Shown one piece after another: positions 48,957-58,943 of a stretch of 64,000 bases of DNA. The notes under the pieces were generated by a model. The model was not told where the DNA came from and did not search any database. It was given only the letters and a program-made list of their open reading frames with translations. Each line of letters opens with the position of its first letter. Within the stretch, counting starts at the first letter, position 1. The position numbers and the translations under genes were made by a program. Location: contig JABCTC010000010.1 of NCBI GenBank assembly GCA_018238545.1, forward strand, positions 29,890 to 93,889. The letters run 5' to 3'. Source of the stretch: Candidatus Heimdallarchaeota archaeon. Lineage in GTDB: Archaea > Asgardarchaeota > Heimdallarchaeia > Heimdallarchaeales > Heimdallarchaeaceae.

Positions 48957-51320
48957 ATGAATGAACGGGTCAAAAAACTAAGAGAACAGAGTTTAAACTC
49001 ACAACCTACTCTTTCACTTGAAAGGGCATTGCTGCTAACTGAATTTCACAAAAGTGGAGTTGTAGAAAAGGTTTCAGTGCCTGTTGCGCGTGCTTTGGCT
49101 TTTAAATATATATTAGAAAACAAAAAACTTTGTATCAATGAAGGAGAACTGATCGTAGGAGAACGAGGTCCTAAACCAGTTGCAACATCCACTTTTCCCG
49201 AAATTTGTACTCACACGATTAAAGACTTAGAAATTCTAGACACAAGATCTAAAATATCGTTTTCTGTAGATAAAGAAACAAAGGAACTCACTGAAGAACT
49301 CATTATACCTTTCTGGAAAGGAAGATCCATAAGAGATAGAATATTTGCAAATGTTGAGAGCAAATGGAAAGATGCTTACGAAGCAGGTGTATTTACTGAA
49401 TTTATGGAACAAAGGGCTCCTGGTCATACAGTTGCAGGGAAAAAGATATTCTCTAATGGTATGTTAGATTTCATAGAACAGATCAAAAGCGCACTAAATT
49501 CGACTAATTTTTGGGATGATCCTGATGCGCTTAATAAGAAAAAAGAACTAAATGCGATGCTAATATCAGCTAATGCAATAATGGCATACGCAATAAGGTA
49601 CTCTGATTATGCAATGGAATTAGCTCAGAAACAAGAAGACCCAAAACGAAAAGATGAACTTCTGAAAATTGCTGAAGTGTGCTTTAATGTTCCTGCTAAT
49701 GCACCAAAAAATATGTGGGAAGCTTTGCAACATTATTGGTTCATACATCTAGGTGTAATAACTGAACTAAACACCTGGGATTCGTTCAATCCTGGAAGAT
49801 TGGATCAAAACCTCTATCCATTTTACAAAAAAGATGTCGAGGAAGGTTCTCTATCTCCCGAGGATGTAAAAGAACTGTTACAATGTTTCTGGGTTAAATT
49901 TAACAATCAACCAGCTCCCCCCAAAGTGGGCGTAACAGCTGAGGAAAGCAATACTTACACGGATTTCTGTTTAATAAATCTAGGTGGAATAAAGGAAGAT
50001 GGATCTAATGCAGTTAATGAATTATCTTATATTCTTCTCGATGTTATAGAGGAAATGCGAATTCTCCAACCTAGCTCGATGGTTCAAATAAGTAGTAAAA
50101 CACCTGACAAATTCTTAGACAGAGCTTTGAGGATTGTTAAAACAGGTTTCGGACAACCTTCAATATTCAATACAGATGCTATCATTCAAGAAATGCTTAT
50201 CCAAGGTAAATCGCTAATTGATGCTAGAAATGGTGGTGCAAGTGGTTGTGTAGAAACTGGGGCATTTGGAAAAGAAGCGTATATCTTGACAGGATATTTC
50301 AATCTGGTGAAAGTTTTGGAATTAGCACTCAACAGAGGCATAGATCCTAGAACAGGAAAAGCTGTAGGATTCAGAACAGATGATCCAGAAGATTTCGAAA
50401 ATTTTGATGATTTGTTTAATGCGTTTTCAGTGCAACTTAGGTATTTTGTTGCCATTAAAATCAAGGGGAATAATATAATAGAACGATTGTGGGCTCAGTA
50501 TCTTCCTGCACCATTTATGTCTATATTAATTGATGATTGTATCGCCAGAGGTAAAGACTATAACAATGGCGGCGCAAGATACAACACTTCATACATTCAA
50601 GGTGTAGGCTTAGGAAGTATCACTGATTCTCTCTCATCCATTAAATTCAATGTATTTGATAAAAAAATTGTTTCTATGAGAGAACTTCTAGATAGTATGT
50701 CAGATAATTTCGAAAACAATGAAGATCTAAGATGGAAATTACTTCGAGAGACACCAAAATATGGGAACGATGATGATTATGCTGATGAAATAATGAAAAG
50801 AGTGTTTGAAGATTATTATAGTGTAATAAATGGGAGACCAAACACAAAAGGCGGGTGTTATAGAATTAATCTTCTCCCAACAACTGTTCATATCTATTTT
50901 GGAAGTGTTATTAAAGCAACTCCTGATGGAAGAAAAGAGTTTCAACCATTATCTGAAGGAGTTTCACCAGTTCAAGGAATGGATACAAAGGGTCCAACAG
51001 GTGTTATCAAGTCAGCGTCAAAGATAGATCACTTGCGAACGGGAGGAACTTTGTTGAACCAAAAGTTTACTCCAACTTTTCTTGAAGATGAAGATGGATT
51101 AAAGAAATTGCTTTACCTAATAAGAGCATATTTCAAGTTGGATGGTCACCAAATTCAGTTCAATGTAGTATCAGCTGAAACGTTGCGAAAGGCACAGAAA
51201 AACCCAGAAGAATATAGAACTCTGATTGTTCGTGTAGCAGGATACAGTGACTACTTCGTTAATCTTGGAGAAAATCTTCAGAATGAAATAATAGCTCGAA
51301 CAGAACACCTAAACTATTAA
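48957..51320 (+). CDS. hypD: Trans-4-hydroxy-L-proline dehydratase (glycyl radical enzyme)
   Basis: EFMEQRAPGHT, WDSFNPGRLDQ, APPKVGVTAEESNTYTDF, SGCVE, ILTGYFN, LPTT and RVAGYS; hypD here is the glycyl-radical enzyme, not the hydrogenase maturase. Confidence 0.9.
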   Translation: MNERVKKLREQSLNSQPTLSLERALLLTEFHKSGVVEKVSVPVARALAFKYILENKKLCINEGELIVGERGPKPVATSTFPEICTHTIKDLEILDTRSKISFSVDKETKELTEELIIPFWKGRSIRDRIFANVESKWKDAYEAGVFTEFMEQRAPGHTVAGKKIFSNGMLDFIEQIKSALNSTNFWDDPDALNKKKELNAMLISANAIMAYAIRYSDYAMELAQKQEDPKRKDELLKIAEVCFNVPANAPKNMWEALQHYWFIHLGVITELNTWDSFNPGRLDQNLYPFYKKDVEEGSLSPEDVKELLQCFWVKFNNQPAPPKVGVTAEESNTYTDFCLINLGGIKEDGSNAVNELSYILLDVIEEMRILQPSSMVQISSKTPDKFLDRALRIVKTGFGQPSIFNTDAIIQEMLIQGKSLIDARNGGASGCVETGAFGKEAYILTGYFNLVKVLELALNRGIDPRTGKAVGFRTDDPEDFENFDDLFNAFSVQLRYFVAIKIKGNNIIERLWAQYLPAPFMSILIDDCIARGKDYNNGGARYNTSYIQGVGLGSITDSLSSIKFNVFDKKIVSMRELLDSMSDNFENNEDLRWKLLRETPKYGNDDDYADEIMKRVFEDYYSVINGRPNTKGGCYRINLLPTTVHIYFGSVIKATPDGRKEFQPLSEGVSPVQGMDTKGPTGVIKSASKIDHLRTGGTLLNQKFTPTFLEDEDGLKKLLYLIRAYFKLDGHQIQFNVVSAETLRKAQKNPEEYRTLIVRVAGYSDYFVNLGENLQNEIIARTEHLNY

Positions 51321-51321
51321 A

Positions 51322-51690
51322 TCATTTTTCAGATAATTCTCCTGCTTCTGAAATAGAAGCGAATAAATGTTTCCAATTTTTATTCATAACAGCAAGCAAT
51401 TCTTTACCTTTTTCAGAAAGACAATAGTAAGTCCTAACTCTTCCCCCAACAGTTTTATTTTGATAAGTTACCAAACTTTTTCGTTTTAATCTCGTTAAGA
51501 CATTGTAAATTGTTCCATCTGTTAAAGGAGGTTCGGTTGAAGGTAGTAGAGATCTAACTAATTGCAAGATATCCCACCCATATCTTTCCTTTTGTAATAA
51601 GATGAGTACGAGAAATTCTAAGACTCCCTTTGATAATTGTGCTCTCCATTTTTTTAAGAGAATGTCTTCATCATGCTCATCTACTGCCAT
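51322..51690 (-). CDS. PadR family transcriptional regulator
   Basis: QLSKGVLEFLVL, YGWDI, GTIYNVLTRL and RTYYCLSEKG. Confidence 0.93.
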   Translation of the reverse strand: MAVDEHDEDILLKKWRAQLSKGVLEFLVLILLQKERYGWDILQLVRSLLPSTEPPLTDGTIYNVLTRLKRKSLVTYQNKTVGGRVRTYYCLSEKGKELLAVMNKNWKHLFASISEAGELSEK

Positions 51691-53457
51691 TTAATCATCT
51701 CCTTTCTTGTTTTTTGATAAGGTTTGAAGTATCTTTTCATTCCACTCAAAGAATAGAAAGGCAACTACACATACGAATATTACAATATCATACCAATTAG
51801 GGAACCAAGGAACAACCGCTGAATATTGCATTTGAAGATAAGGAAATATACGTGTCATATTTTCCTTATATAATATAAGGTGATATCTTAGAATACCTGA
51901 TCCATTAATTCTTAATGATATAAACTTAATTGACACATTGAATTGATCATATGAATTTAAATGATTACCTGAATAACTCGGCGTTGTGTATTCATCAAAA
52001 TTACCTTCAATTCTGAAGGTTCTGAAAACTGTTCCAGTTGGAGTCCACATTAGATACCAACTGCCAGCAAGATGACGATTAGTTTCCTCTATAATCGTAC
52101 CATTATTATACAGACTTGATTCTTCTATATATGTGTATATTGATATAGATAATTTACCCATACTTTGAAATTTAAACGATTGATCAAATTCATAATATGT
52201 TACTTCCTCATTAATATTAAAGGTACTTGCATATAGAACTTTTTGAGGTTGTGTTCCAAGTACTGCAACTAATGTGAGAATTACTAGACCTATGGAAACC
52301 CATGCGTTTTTTCCCTTCGGAACTCTAAGACGTGGAAGTAGCTTATGTCCACTTTTCTTTAGCTTTTTTATGCATATTACTGACCATGCTATAGCTAGGC
52401 AAACAGCTAAGATAGCTATAAAGATTAAATAATCATCTGTTTTATTTGTTTCAATTCCGAAAATTATCCATATTCTAAAGTATTGATCGGTATGACCAAT
52501 TCCAATCATTTTAGTTACTAAAGATCCCAGCTGCAAGAGAATTGCTATCAAGCCTAGAAACCATGCTTTACTAGTGAATTTTGTGAGAAAGAATACTCCT
52601 ATCCCAAGTGCTAACATCAAAATACCCATACCTGGGCCTGCTGATATGAATCCAGTTAAAATGAAAACAACAACAAGCATGCCTGTTTTATCTATTAAAT
52701 AGCTCCCCCGTTTTACTTTTTCCTTCATTCGATATTGTTCTTTATATTTAATTGTATAAAATATCGCTGTAATTAGTAGCACACATTCAAGAGATATCCA
52801 TCTAACAATACCTTCTAGAACTAGTGACTCCATGTTATGAACCCACATGTCTTGAATTACCAAATAATGACTGATGTAACTATCTAGTATTAAATATAAA
52901 CAAAAAACAACTAAATACCAGTAAAGTCCTAATATTGCCCCTTTTACTGACTCTCTAATGTCATATGATGAAAACTTATCTTTAAAATATTGATAAAGCA
53001 TCCAAATGAAAACGTTTAATCCAAAAATTGTTCCTATTATCCCATACCCACTATTCACTCCATTAATCCCTAAATTGAACCAACCTTTCAGAATTAGTGC
53101 AAAAGATGAAGCGTTTGGCAGTAGAGAGATTGAAAAAAGACTTACAATTGATAAAATTGGTATTACCAGAATTGAGCTTATCATTAACCCAATTAGAAAC
53201 GTTTGTCCTATTGAAGCTACTTTTGATCGAATTATCGAATTGTTATCACAAAAATCTTCTGATGAGCCAAATTTATTGATAAATTCCTCTAAATCCTTCG
53301 GTTTAAATTCTGATATGTAATCATCAACACTAAAAGATACTTCATCCAACGTTGTTTTAATCTTATCATTTGAAGCTCCTCTCTTGATTAATTCCATTGA
53401 AAGTTTTCGTAAGTATTTCTTTTTTATTTGATTTGCTTTCATTGTTTTCTCTCTCAT
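51691..53457 (-). CDS. Multi-pass membrane protein with HAAS-like N-terminus (PadR partner)
   Basis: KYLRKLSMEL...LDEV...FGSSEDF N-terminal helical unit, about 10 TM and an extracellular domain; abuts padR. Confidence 0.6.
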   Translation of the reverse strand: MREKTMKANQIKKKYLRKLSMELIKRGASNDKIKTTLDEVSFSVDDYISEFKPKDLEEFINKFGSSEDFCDNNSIIRSKVASIGQTFLIGLMISSILVIPILSIVSLFSISLLPNASSFALILKGWFNLGINGVNSGYGIIGTIFGLNVFIWMLYQYFKDKFSSYDIRESVKGAILGLYWYLVVFCLYLILDSYISHYLVIQDMWVHNMESLVLEGIVRWISLECVLLITAIFYTIKYKEQYRMKEKVKRGSYLIDKTGMLVVVFILTGFISAGPGMGILMLALGIGVFFLTKFTSKAWFLGLIAILLQLGSLVTKMIGIGHTDQYFRIWIIFGIETNKTDDYLIFIAILAVCLAIAWSVICIKKLKKSGHKLLPRLRVPKGKNAWVSIGLVILTLVAVLGTQPQKVLYASTFNINEEVTYYEFDQSFKFQSMGKLSISIYTYIEESSLYNNGTIIEETNRHLAGSWYLMWTPTGTVFRTFRIEGNFDEYTTPSYSGNHLNSYDQFNVSIKFISLRINGSGILRYHLILYKENMTRIFPYLQMQYSAVVPWFPNWYDIVIFVCVVAFLFFEWNEKILQTLSKNKKGDD

Positions 53458-53526
53458 TTTTCCTCACACTATTTTATTTCATCAATCATACTCTAATTAT
53501 ACCATTTATTAAAAGGTATATTTAAC

Positions 53527-53618
53527 TTTTTCGGAAAAATCTGCTGGAACTATCGGTAATATGTTTTAAATATTCAAATATTCAATTGTTCACGTATTCC
53601 GGTATTCAGCAATTCTCC
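53527..53618. promoter_or_regulatory. Candidate operator: palindrome plus six phased 8-bp repeats between divergent regulator loci
   Basis: TTTTTC-G-GAAAAA at 53527-53539; TATTCAAA TATTCAAT TGTTCACG TATTCCGG TATTCAGC AATTCTCC at 53571-53618. Confidence 0.5.
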
Positions 53619-53653
53619 AAATTAGATTATTAATACTATATGAGGAAAGAAAA

Positions 53654-54565
53654 ATGGGTGAAAAGTTGTTCAGTTCAAAAGAATCTCTAAAAATGTTTAT
53701 CCTAGAATCTTTAAATGATCTTGCTGATTTGTTCAAGTGTTTAGATCATCCTACAAGACTGGAGATACTTGCAAGACTAATCTCTGAGGAAATGGAATTC
53801 AAGGATTTACAACAAGCTATGGATATACCTAAGACATCTTTAGCAAACCATCTTATTCAACTAGTTGAGAGTGGCTTAGTAGAAAAAATGGTACGTGGTG
53901 TATATAGAATATCATTTGATGGAGAAGACATAATCAATTCTTCAGCTAAATCATTTCTTGATATGAAGGTTCGAGAACAAGAACGACTTGAAACTCTTAG
54001 ATTGCGTTATGAATCTATCATAAGCAGATATACATATAGTATTGGTGAACAAAAAATGGAAAACTCTGACAAATATAAAATTGTAAAATTACCTCCTATT
54101 AGAGTAGTCTCATTTCAAGAAATGGGTACTTTCTTAGGAGACCCTGAAACAAAGGCTTTTTCGAAACTAGAATCTTGGGCTAAACCTAAAGGGATGTTTA
54201 ATGACCCAGAAAAACATAAACTCTTTGGTTTTAATAACCCTGATCCTAAATATGATAAAGAAAAATCGAATTTTATTGTAAACGAAGATAATCCCTATGG
54301 ATATGAATTCTGGATAACAATAGATGATGATTTTGAAGTAGAGAATAATATAAGCGTCAAAGAAGTTCCTGGTGGTTTGTTTGTAGTAACAGGCTGTACG
54401 GGTGTAGAAGCTTTGGGAGAAACTTGGAAAGATCTCTATAGCTGGGTAAAAGAGAGTAAAAAATACAAATTTGGGAAGCATCAATGTTTGGAATATAATA
54501 AGGATCCAACAATTACAGATCCATCAAAATTCCCATTTGACGTCTATTTCCCTATAACAGAGTAG
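53654..54565 (+). CDS. ArsR-type wHTH regulator fused to a GyrI-like effector-binding domain
   Basis: FKCLDHPTRLEIL, SLANHL..L..SGLV; FGFNNPDP, YGYEFWI, VPGGLF and HQCLE. Confidence 0.88.
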   Translation: MGEKLFSSKESLKMFILESLNDLADLFKCLDHPTRLEILARLISEEMEFKDLQQAMDIPKTSLANHLIQLVESGLVEKMVRGVYRISFDGEDIINSSAKSFLDMKVREQERLETLRLRYESIISRYTYSIGEQKMENSDKYKIVKLPPIRVVSFQEMGTFLGDPETKAFSKLESWAKPKGMFNDPEKHKLFGFNNPDPKYDKEKSNFIVNEDNPYGYEFWITIDDDFEVENNISVKEVPGGLFVVTGCTGVEALGETWKDLYSWVKESKKYKFGKHQCLEYNKDPTITDPSKFPFDVYFPITE

Positions 54566-54577
54566 AATCTTTTAATC

Positions 54578-54592
54578 TTTTTTCTTTTTTTT
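54578..54592 (+). terminator. Oligo-T terminator
   Basis: TTTTTTCTTTTTTTT after the stop at 54565. Confidence 0.55.
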
Positions 54593-54636
54593 CATTAGTG
54601 CACTATATTTTTATTTTGCCTATTCTAGATTTATCC

Positions 54637-55128
54637 ATGCGAGGAATAAGAAGAAAAGAAAAAGCTATTACTGATGAGAAAATAGTGAAAAAAATTCTAT
54701 CAAAAGTTGCTTACATTACACTGGCGTTATGCAAAGATAATCAACCCTATCTTGTAAGCTTAAGTCATGGTTATGATCCAAATAAAAACTGCATATATTT
54801 CCACTGTGCTAGCGAAGGTAAAAAGATAGATTACCTTAAAGAAAACAATGTTGTTTGGGGACAAGCAATAATCGATAAAGGATATATCCAAGGCTCTTGT
54901 GATCATCTTTATGCTACAACCCAGTTTAAGGGCAAAGTGACATTTATAACTGATTTTGAGGAAAAGAAAGAAGCTTTGACTAATATGGTGCACAAGCTTG
55001 ACAACAAACCAGATGAAGTAATTTACAAACAATTAACTCAGCAATCTATCACAAAAATATCTGTTGGACGAATTGACATTGAATACATGAGTGGAAAAGA
55101 AGCAAAAGATACTGTTATCTCGCTTTAA
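54637..55128 (+). CDS. Pyridoxamine 5'-phosphate oxidase-like flavin-binding protein (NimA-like)
   Basis: RRKEK, PYLVSLSHGY, IYFHCASEGKK and MSGK. Confidence 0.88.
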   Translation: MRGIRRKEKAITDEKIVKKILSKVAYITLALCKDNQPYLVSLSHGYDPNKNCIYFHCASEGKKIDYLKENNVVWGQAIIDKGYIQGSCDHLYATTQFKGKVTFITDFEEKKEALTNMVHKLDNKPDEVIYKQLTQQSITKISVGRIDIEYMSGKEAKDTVISL

Positions 55129-55129
55129 A

Positions 55130-55627
55130 CTATTTTCCAACTGTTCTTCTAATTAGGTAATTAGCTACAAATTCCAGTGCAGGAGCTATTTGGTAGACAG
55201 ATCTAATAATATCCTCTCCTTCAGAAAATCTCTTGCGATTCGTCCGACAAGCGTAAAATCGTAATACAACCCTTCCTGGGCTAATTTCAAAGTTAAAAAG
55301 CTCCAAACCTTGTTGTCTAGGGATAGATTTTACTTTCTCTTGGAGTGTTCCTATTAAGTTATTTTGAATATCTTCTAACTCTCCTGGATACAAACCAACA
55401 CCTTCAATCTCTATTATCCCGTACTTGTCTTTGAAATACCCACAGAAAAGTTTCACTAAACCAGCTGAGCAAACTTCATCTATTTTATAGTCTGCAGTGA
55501 AATCACATTTCTTAAAATAATCAACGCAGAGGTCCTCTATTGCATTAACACCATCTTCTACAAGACATGATTCAAGGTTAACTTTGCGAACTGCATTGGG
55601 CATTTGAGGAGCTTTGTTAAGATTCAT
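55130..55627 (-). CDS. Hypothetical protein
   Basis: 165 aa ORF filling the gap, ATG start, normal composition. Confidence 0.6.
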   Translation of the reverse strand: MNLNKAPQMPNAVRKVNLESCLVEDGVNAIEDLCVDYFKKCDFTADYKIDEVCSAGLVKLFCGYFKDKYGIIEIEGVGLYPGELEDIQNNLIGTLQEKVKSIPRQQGLELFNFEISPGRVVLRFYACRTNRKRFSEGEDIIRSVYQIAPALEFVANYLIRRTVGK

Positions 55628-55676
55628 TATTATATCTTATTGTATGGATATGTAACCTTCTATGAAATTGATACAT

Positions 55677-55696
55677 AAAAAAAAGAAGAAAAAAAG
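55677..55696 (-). terminator. Oligo-T terminator (minus strand)
   Basis: A-rich tract immediately downstream of the minus-strand stop at 55700. Confidence 0.55.
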
Positions 55697-55699
55697 ATT

Positions 55700-57292
55700 T
55701 TAAAGAGGAGGTTGAAGTTTTCTATCTGGAGGATATCTAACACTATAATCAAAGATTATTTTTATTTCTTCTTCTTTCTTGAGTTCAAACTCCCACTCAT
55801 ATACTCCTTGATTCTTCTCTAAAGGTTCTATATTCACTTTGTTAATTTCAACTTCAATATTTTCATCTAAGGAATGTGGAAATCTATCGATTAATTTGAG
55901 TTTACAGAGAGTTTCTACTTGATTCTGGATCTTAATCTCGTAACCAAAGTCCATCTCACGTTTGCCTTTAATCAAACCTTTCTTTTGAACCTCTCGATGG
56001 ACAAGTTTCTTGTCAATTTTAAGGTCATAACTTTCAATGATTCCAAGTGTAAATTTCTCTTTAGGATGAATAGTATCAAGATAACTTTGACTGATATATT
56101 CACCAGCTATGAAAACTTTGGCATTTCCAGGTAACAAGAAATATTGATCATTTTCAAGTTCATGGGTCATAATGAGATTTGGTTGAGTTGAACTCCAATA
56201 ATAGGATTTTTCCAATTTAAGATCAAAATGATCTAAGTGCAAAGTTTTGGGAATATTACCAGATGGTATAGAGTGCTTTCCACTTAATTCAAACCTTTGA
56301 TGACCAGTTTGTGATATTGAAGTCTCGCTTTCTCGGTAAACCATACCTGGTGCTTCAAGCATTGGTTCTGCCATAGGAGCGGGAGCTTCTTCCATTTCCG
56401 CAAAATCATCCAAAGCCATCTTAGCTGATTTCATAGCTGCACCTCCAATAGCTCTTGACATCTTCTTTCTTTTGGGAGAATATAATGGTGCGAGTCTTAG
56501 ATAGAACGGATCTACCGTGTCAATTGAAACTGGTTTTCTTATTCCAGTTGTTACCGTTATATTAGCATTTTTCCAGTCAAATCCGCTGAAATTGTATATC
56601 TTTGCTAATCTTTGAACAGAAGCTGTTTCTTTTAGAAGATCAACTATGTACAATGGATCCCATCTAGCTTGACTAATTGAATATCCAACTTCTAATTCTA
56701 TTGAACCAGCAGTTTGAGCTTCTAGAGTGATGTCGACCTCATAATATTTAGAATCTGAATGTGAAAGTTGATTTCTTTTTGCTCTTAGTATTTCTACTTC
56801 TTCTTGTAAATCTTCGATCTCATTTTCAATCTTTATTTGTTTAGCTTTTTCTAATCTTGCTCCTTTCTGGTAATACTCATAGTAACTGTCGAAATCAGAT
56901 GCTGTAAGACCTTTTCGAAGACCCCATTCTCCAAATCCTTTACCTATCTCCTGTATTGTTTCATCTAGAGTGTTCATTGAAATCTCGATTACACTCATCT
57001 CTCTTTCTTTGGCAACAATTTTTTTCTCAATTTTCTTAATTTTGAGACCAATTTCACTAACATCCTTATCTTTAATTTCTATATATTCTAAACGTGGAGC
57101 TACGTCGATAAGAGTAACTTTCCCTTTCCCTTTCACTCTAACAGAATCACTATCTAAGTACTCTGATAGTTTTGTCAAAGTGACAATCTGTTCTCCTTTA
57201 GTAAGCTCTATTTTTCCTATGTGAGTTAAAATGGCCCCATCTGTCAGAACAGTGACATGTTTTAATGGTAATTCAAACGCATTCATGAACAA
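55700..57292 (-). CDS. DUF4140/DUF4139 protein (MuiA-like)
   Basis: VTVLTDGA, LDSDSVRV, coiled coil, ARWDPLY, SGFDWKN, LLPGNAKVF and Y.VRYP. Confidence 0.85.
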   Translation of the reverse strand: MFMNAFELPLKHVTVLTDGAILTHIGKIELTKGEQIVTLTKLSEYLDSDSVRVKGKGKVTLIDVAPRLEYIEIKDKDVSEIGLKIKKIEKKIVAKEREMSVIEISMNTLDETIQEIGKGFGEWGLRKGLTASDFDSYYEYYQKGARLEKAKQIKIENEIEDLQEEVEILRAKRNQLSHSDSKYYEVDITLEAQTAGSIELEVGYSISQARWDPLYIVDLLKETASVQRLAKIYNFSGFDWKNANITVTTGIRKPVSIDTVDPFYLRLAPLYSPKRKKMSRAIGGAAMKSAKMALDDFAEMEEAPAPMAEPMLEAPGMVYRESETSISQTGHQRFELSGKHSIPSGNIPKTLHLDHFDLKLEKSYYWSSTQPNLIMTHELENDQYFLLPGNAKVFIAGEYISQSYLDTIHPKEKFTLGIIESYDLKIDKKLVHREVQKKGLIKGKREMDFGYEIKIQNQVETLCKLKLIDRFPHSLDENIEVEINKVNIEPLEKNQGVYEWEFELKKEEEIKIIFDYSVRYPPDRKLQPPL

Positions 57293-57395
57293 TTTATATT
57301 GGAAATGGATATTAAAATATAACTACTGAACAGATTTTCTGTGAATATCAACCTCTAGATTTTAATAGATTGAGGGCAAATTATATGTGAAAAGA

Positions 57396-58076
57396 ATGAG
57401 TGATATCTTAACAGTTAGACTAGGATTTATGAAGAGTTTTTTGATTAAAGCTCAAACTGGTTATGTTCTGATTGATGCGGGATACCCTAATAAAGAGCAA
57501 AAACTGTGGAAATTTCTAAAACAGAAAAAAATCAATCCTAAAGAGATAAAGTTAGTAATTGTAACTCATGGACATTTTGACCATTTTGGTAGTCTTGCAA
57601 AAATTGTAGAGAAGACTGATGCAAAAATTATTGTTCATGAGAATGATTAAGAAATGCTGAAAACCGGAAAGAGTGGAGAAATTAAAACACACACTAAATG
57701 GGGGAAATTTCTTGAAAAATCAATGGGGAAAATAATGCGAGAAGTATCAGTAATTCCCATTAAACCAGATATTACTATTACTGATAACTATTCATTAGAA
57801 GAACACGGAATAAAGGGAATAATTCTACACACTCCAGGTCATACAAATGGGTCCATATCCGTTGTTCTAAATTCCAAAATAGCATTCATAGGTGATTTAA
57901 CTCATGGTTTTCCACTGAGAGGGAAAACGGATTTTCCTTTTGTCGCTGAAAACCTTGAAGATGTTTATCAAAGCTGGAGAAAACTTCTAGATGAAGGAGT
58001 TGAATTGTTTTATCAATCTCATGGTAGAGAATTCAAGAGAGAGCTCCTGTTGAAAAGATTAAAAAAGAGAAATTAA
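57396..58076 (+). pseudogene. MBL-fold metallo-hydrolase interrupted by one in-frame TAA
   Basis: LIDAG, THGHFDH, HEND*EML (TAA 57648-57650), HTPGHT, GD and SHG all in the same frame. Confidence 0.8.
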
Positions 58077-58334
58077 TCCTTTGGTATTATATACACCTAG
58101 TTGTTTTAATTTCCGTCTATATGCTGTGTAATGCAGAACTATTAACATACAATTTATTGTTTCTTTAATCATTCTGAATAATCAAAATTTATTGTCGGGA
58201 ACTTTAATGCGTGAGAATATATATTTTAAGCACTTTGTAATTATTAGTGTTGTAAGTATGTTTAATTGTAGTTTGTTTGACCAAAATGATTATATTTGAT
58301 GAATGGGTTACTATTTATTAGCATAATTAATCTG

Positions 58335-58922
58335 ATGAAAATGAAAATCGATAAAACATATAAAATCACCCTGATTGGTGATGGTGCGGTAGGAAAAACT
58401 TCCATTCGTCGTTCTTACTTAGGTGAGACTTTCAAAGGAAATTATAGTCTCACTTTAGGTTCTGATTTTGCTACCAAAATCCTGCAAGTAGGTGATTTAA
58501 ATACCAATATGATTATTTGGGATTTAGCAGGTCAACCCCGCTTTAAAGCAGTTAGAGAAGGATTTTATCGAGGGACAAAAGGCGCTTTGCTTGTCTTTGA
58601 TGTCACAAGAAAGGACACTTATGAAAACATTCCAAGATGGATTATGGAACTGTTGAATAATAACCAAAAGAGAAAAGTTCCAATGATTTTAATTGGAAAT
58701 AAATCTGATTTGAGAGGATCATTGTACAAAACCATACCAAGTGAGCATGGGGAAAACTATGCTAAAGAATTGAGTCTATGGAGTGGTTATGATGTTCCTT
58801 ATATTGAAACTTCTGCTAAATTTGGTGATAATGTAGATCAACCTTTTGAAACCTTGATCAAACAAATTATCAAAGCAGATCAAATGGAGACAATAACTAG
58901 TTATTTGCAAGGAGAATTGTAA
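58335..58922 (+). CDS. Rab-like small GTPase
   Basis: GDGAVGKTS, TLGSDF, IWDLAGQPRF, FYRG, VFDVT, GNKSD and ETSAK; no C-terminal prenylation Cys. Confidence 0.93.
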   Translation: MKMKIDKTYKITLIGDGAVGKTSIRRSYLGETFKGNYSLTLGSDFATKILQVGDLNTNMIIWDLAGQPRFKAVREGFYRGTKGALLVFDVTRKDTYENIPRWIMELLNNNQKRKVPMILIGNKSDLRGSLYKTIPSEHGENYAKELSLWSGYDVPYIETSAKFGDNVDQPFETLIKQIIKADQMETITSYLQGEL

Positions 58923-58943
58923 ACTCTTCTTTTCTTTAATTTT

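Noticed and set aside
48957-51320. Pyruvate formate-lyase or choline TMA-lyase call
   Set aside because: No adjacent Cys-Cys pair of PFL; HypD-specific segments (RAPGHT, ESNTYTDF) are present
53571-53618. CRISPR or mini-array interpretation of the 8-bp repeats
   Set aside because: Units are far too short and have no spacers
39800-57650. Stop-codon recoding (Pyl/Sec/alternative code) to explain in-frame TAG 40091, TGA 40716 and TAA 57648
   Set aside because: Three different stop codons are involved, one gene also has a frameshift, and all three codons terminate intact genes throughout the window
58077-58334. Long AT-rich intergenic region as a possible ncRNA
   Set aside because: No GC-rich stems, tRNA cloverleaf or C/D box pair recognisable by eye
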